A DNA stretch of 60,829 nt from an uncultured Gammaproteobacteria bacterium (GTDB lineage: Bacteria > Pseudomonadota > Gammaproteobacteria > Ga0077536), in contig CAZXQY010000004.1 in NCBI GenBank assembly GCA_964642505.1, positions 1 through 60,829 of the forward strand, given 5' to 3'. The notes under the pieces were generated by a model. The model was given only the letters and a program-made list of their open reading frames with translations, had not been told where the DNA came from and made no database searches. The position numbers and the translations under genes were made by a program. Position 1 is the first letter of the stretch, and the number at the start of each line of letters is the position of its first letter. Shown piece by piece: positions 59,934-60,829 of this stretch.

Positions 59934-60829
59934 TTGAAAGACGAGTTTTGCTTGTTATTTCCTGATTTTTTTTCTTGTTTCGAGACGGAAATAGAAGGGA
60001 ATAGCTCACACATAAAAGAAGGAAAATTTATCTACAGTCGGCTTTTTAAGTTCTTAGGTCCTTATCGGGGGTACGAAAAAGAGTTACTTAGCTTGTTTGG
60101 GGCTTACGAAGCAGAAGAAACCGCAAACTCCCGTTTGGTAAGTATCCTAGCCGAACAAGATTTGCAGGAGAATACGGCCGATTCGATTTTAAGAGCAGAT
60201 CCCGTCTTCCTTAAAGCTGATCAGAATAGGGTTTTTTTGGTCGACGGTAAAAGTTTGAAGGTTAGTCGGGAAGATGCCCAGCGGATTGCGTTAGAATTAA
60301 ATCGATTCTTCCATGAAGATTCTATCGAATTTGTCGTTGGCAAAGAGCCTTGGCGCTGGTATTTGAAGGATTCGGGCTTCTCTCCGCCCAATTTGGCTTC
60401 ACCTTTTTCTCTTAAGGGCCAACCTTTAGAACCTACATTATCCGAAAGTCAGCACATGGGTCCACTAAAAACCTTTCTCACAGAAGTACAAATGTTTCTG
60501 CACAATTCAAGTATTAATCTAAAGAGGATTGAAGATGGTCAATTGCCTGTAAATAGTTTGTGGTTCTGGGGGGGGCAGCATGTACGAAAAATCCCTCGTT
60601 TTTATAATAGTCCGTTCCAGCTACTCACCGATTGTGAGATGGCCCTCAGCTTCGCCAATTTTTTTAAATTTGAAAATCGTGAGAAGTTAGAGGTGTTATC
60701 GGAGAAAAATTTGTGGATGGACTTAAAAAATACTTTAGTGGTGGTAGATCCTACCAAACAAGGTTTCGGAAAGTCCGTCCATAAGGAACTGGCGAGACAT
60801 GTAATACAACTTTTACACTCCGGCTCCGT
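59934..60829 (+). CDS. Phosphoglycerate-mutase-like conserved protein (3'-truncated; not in ORF track)
   Basis: Manual translation from TTG 59934 gives LRADPVFL, RWYL, EVQMFLH, PVNSLWFWGG, motifs of a family often found after thrC. Confidence 0.75.
   Translation, partial: MKDEFCLLFPDFFSCFETEIEGNSSHIKEGKFIYSRLFKFLGPYRGYEKELLSLFGAYEAEETANSRLVSILAEQDLQENTADSILRADPVFLKADQNRVFLVDGKSLKVSREDAQRIALELNRFFHEDSIEFVVGKEPWRWYLKDSGFSPPNLASPFSLKGQPLEPTLSESQHMGPLKTFLTEVQMFLHNSSINLKRIEDGQLPVNSLWFWGGQHVRKIPRFYNSPFQLLTDCEMALSFANFFKFENREKLEVLSEKNLWMDLKNTLVVVDPTKQGFGKSVHKELARHVIQLLHSGS

Noticed and set aside
1-60829. CRISPR arrays, tRNA/rRNA genes, IS elements
   Set aside because: Intergenic gaps are short, and none shows spaced direct repeats, cloverleaf motifs, or terminal inverted repeats with a transposase

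Overview
AT-leaning chromosomal segment (composition judged by eye, not computed) of a gammaproteobacterium. The assignment rests on the conserved blocks yicC-gmk-rpoZ-spoT-ridA-recG-ubiA, rph-rdgB-hemW and alaC-hom-thrC. No rRNA, tRNA, CRISPR array, integrase or transposase was recognised. The right part (about 38.9-60.8 kb) is housekeeping. The middle (15.5-38.8 kb) is a patchwork of catabolic and N-scavenging genes: a GmaS/GlnT-type synthetase, two F420-type oxidoreductases, an amidase, a hydantoinase/carboxylase pair with a fused Zn-finger gamma subunit, a CoA-transferase, and a PuuD-like membrane protein preceded by an unannotated 32-aa ORF. The most interesting part is the first 12 kb, an all-plus-strand envelope locus. 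Here the MMPL/RND - YCF48-like - DUF1302 - DUF1329 module has a proton-motive-force motor cassette inserted between DUF1302 and DUF1329. The cassette is ExbB, two ExbD (one Asp, one Asn), a TonB-like anchor/proline linker ending in a vWA/MIDAS domain, and a large helical-repeat protein. The DUF1302 gene has its own promoter, a three-hairpin leader and a terminator. All family assignments come from motif recognition, not database searches.
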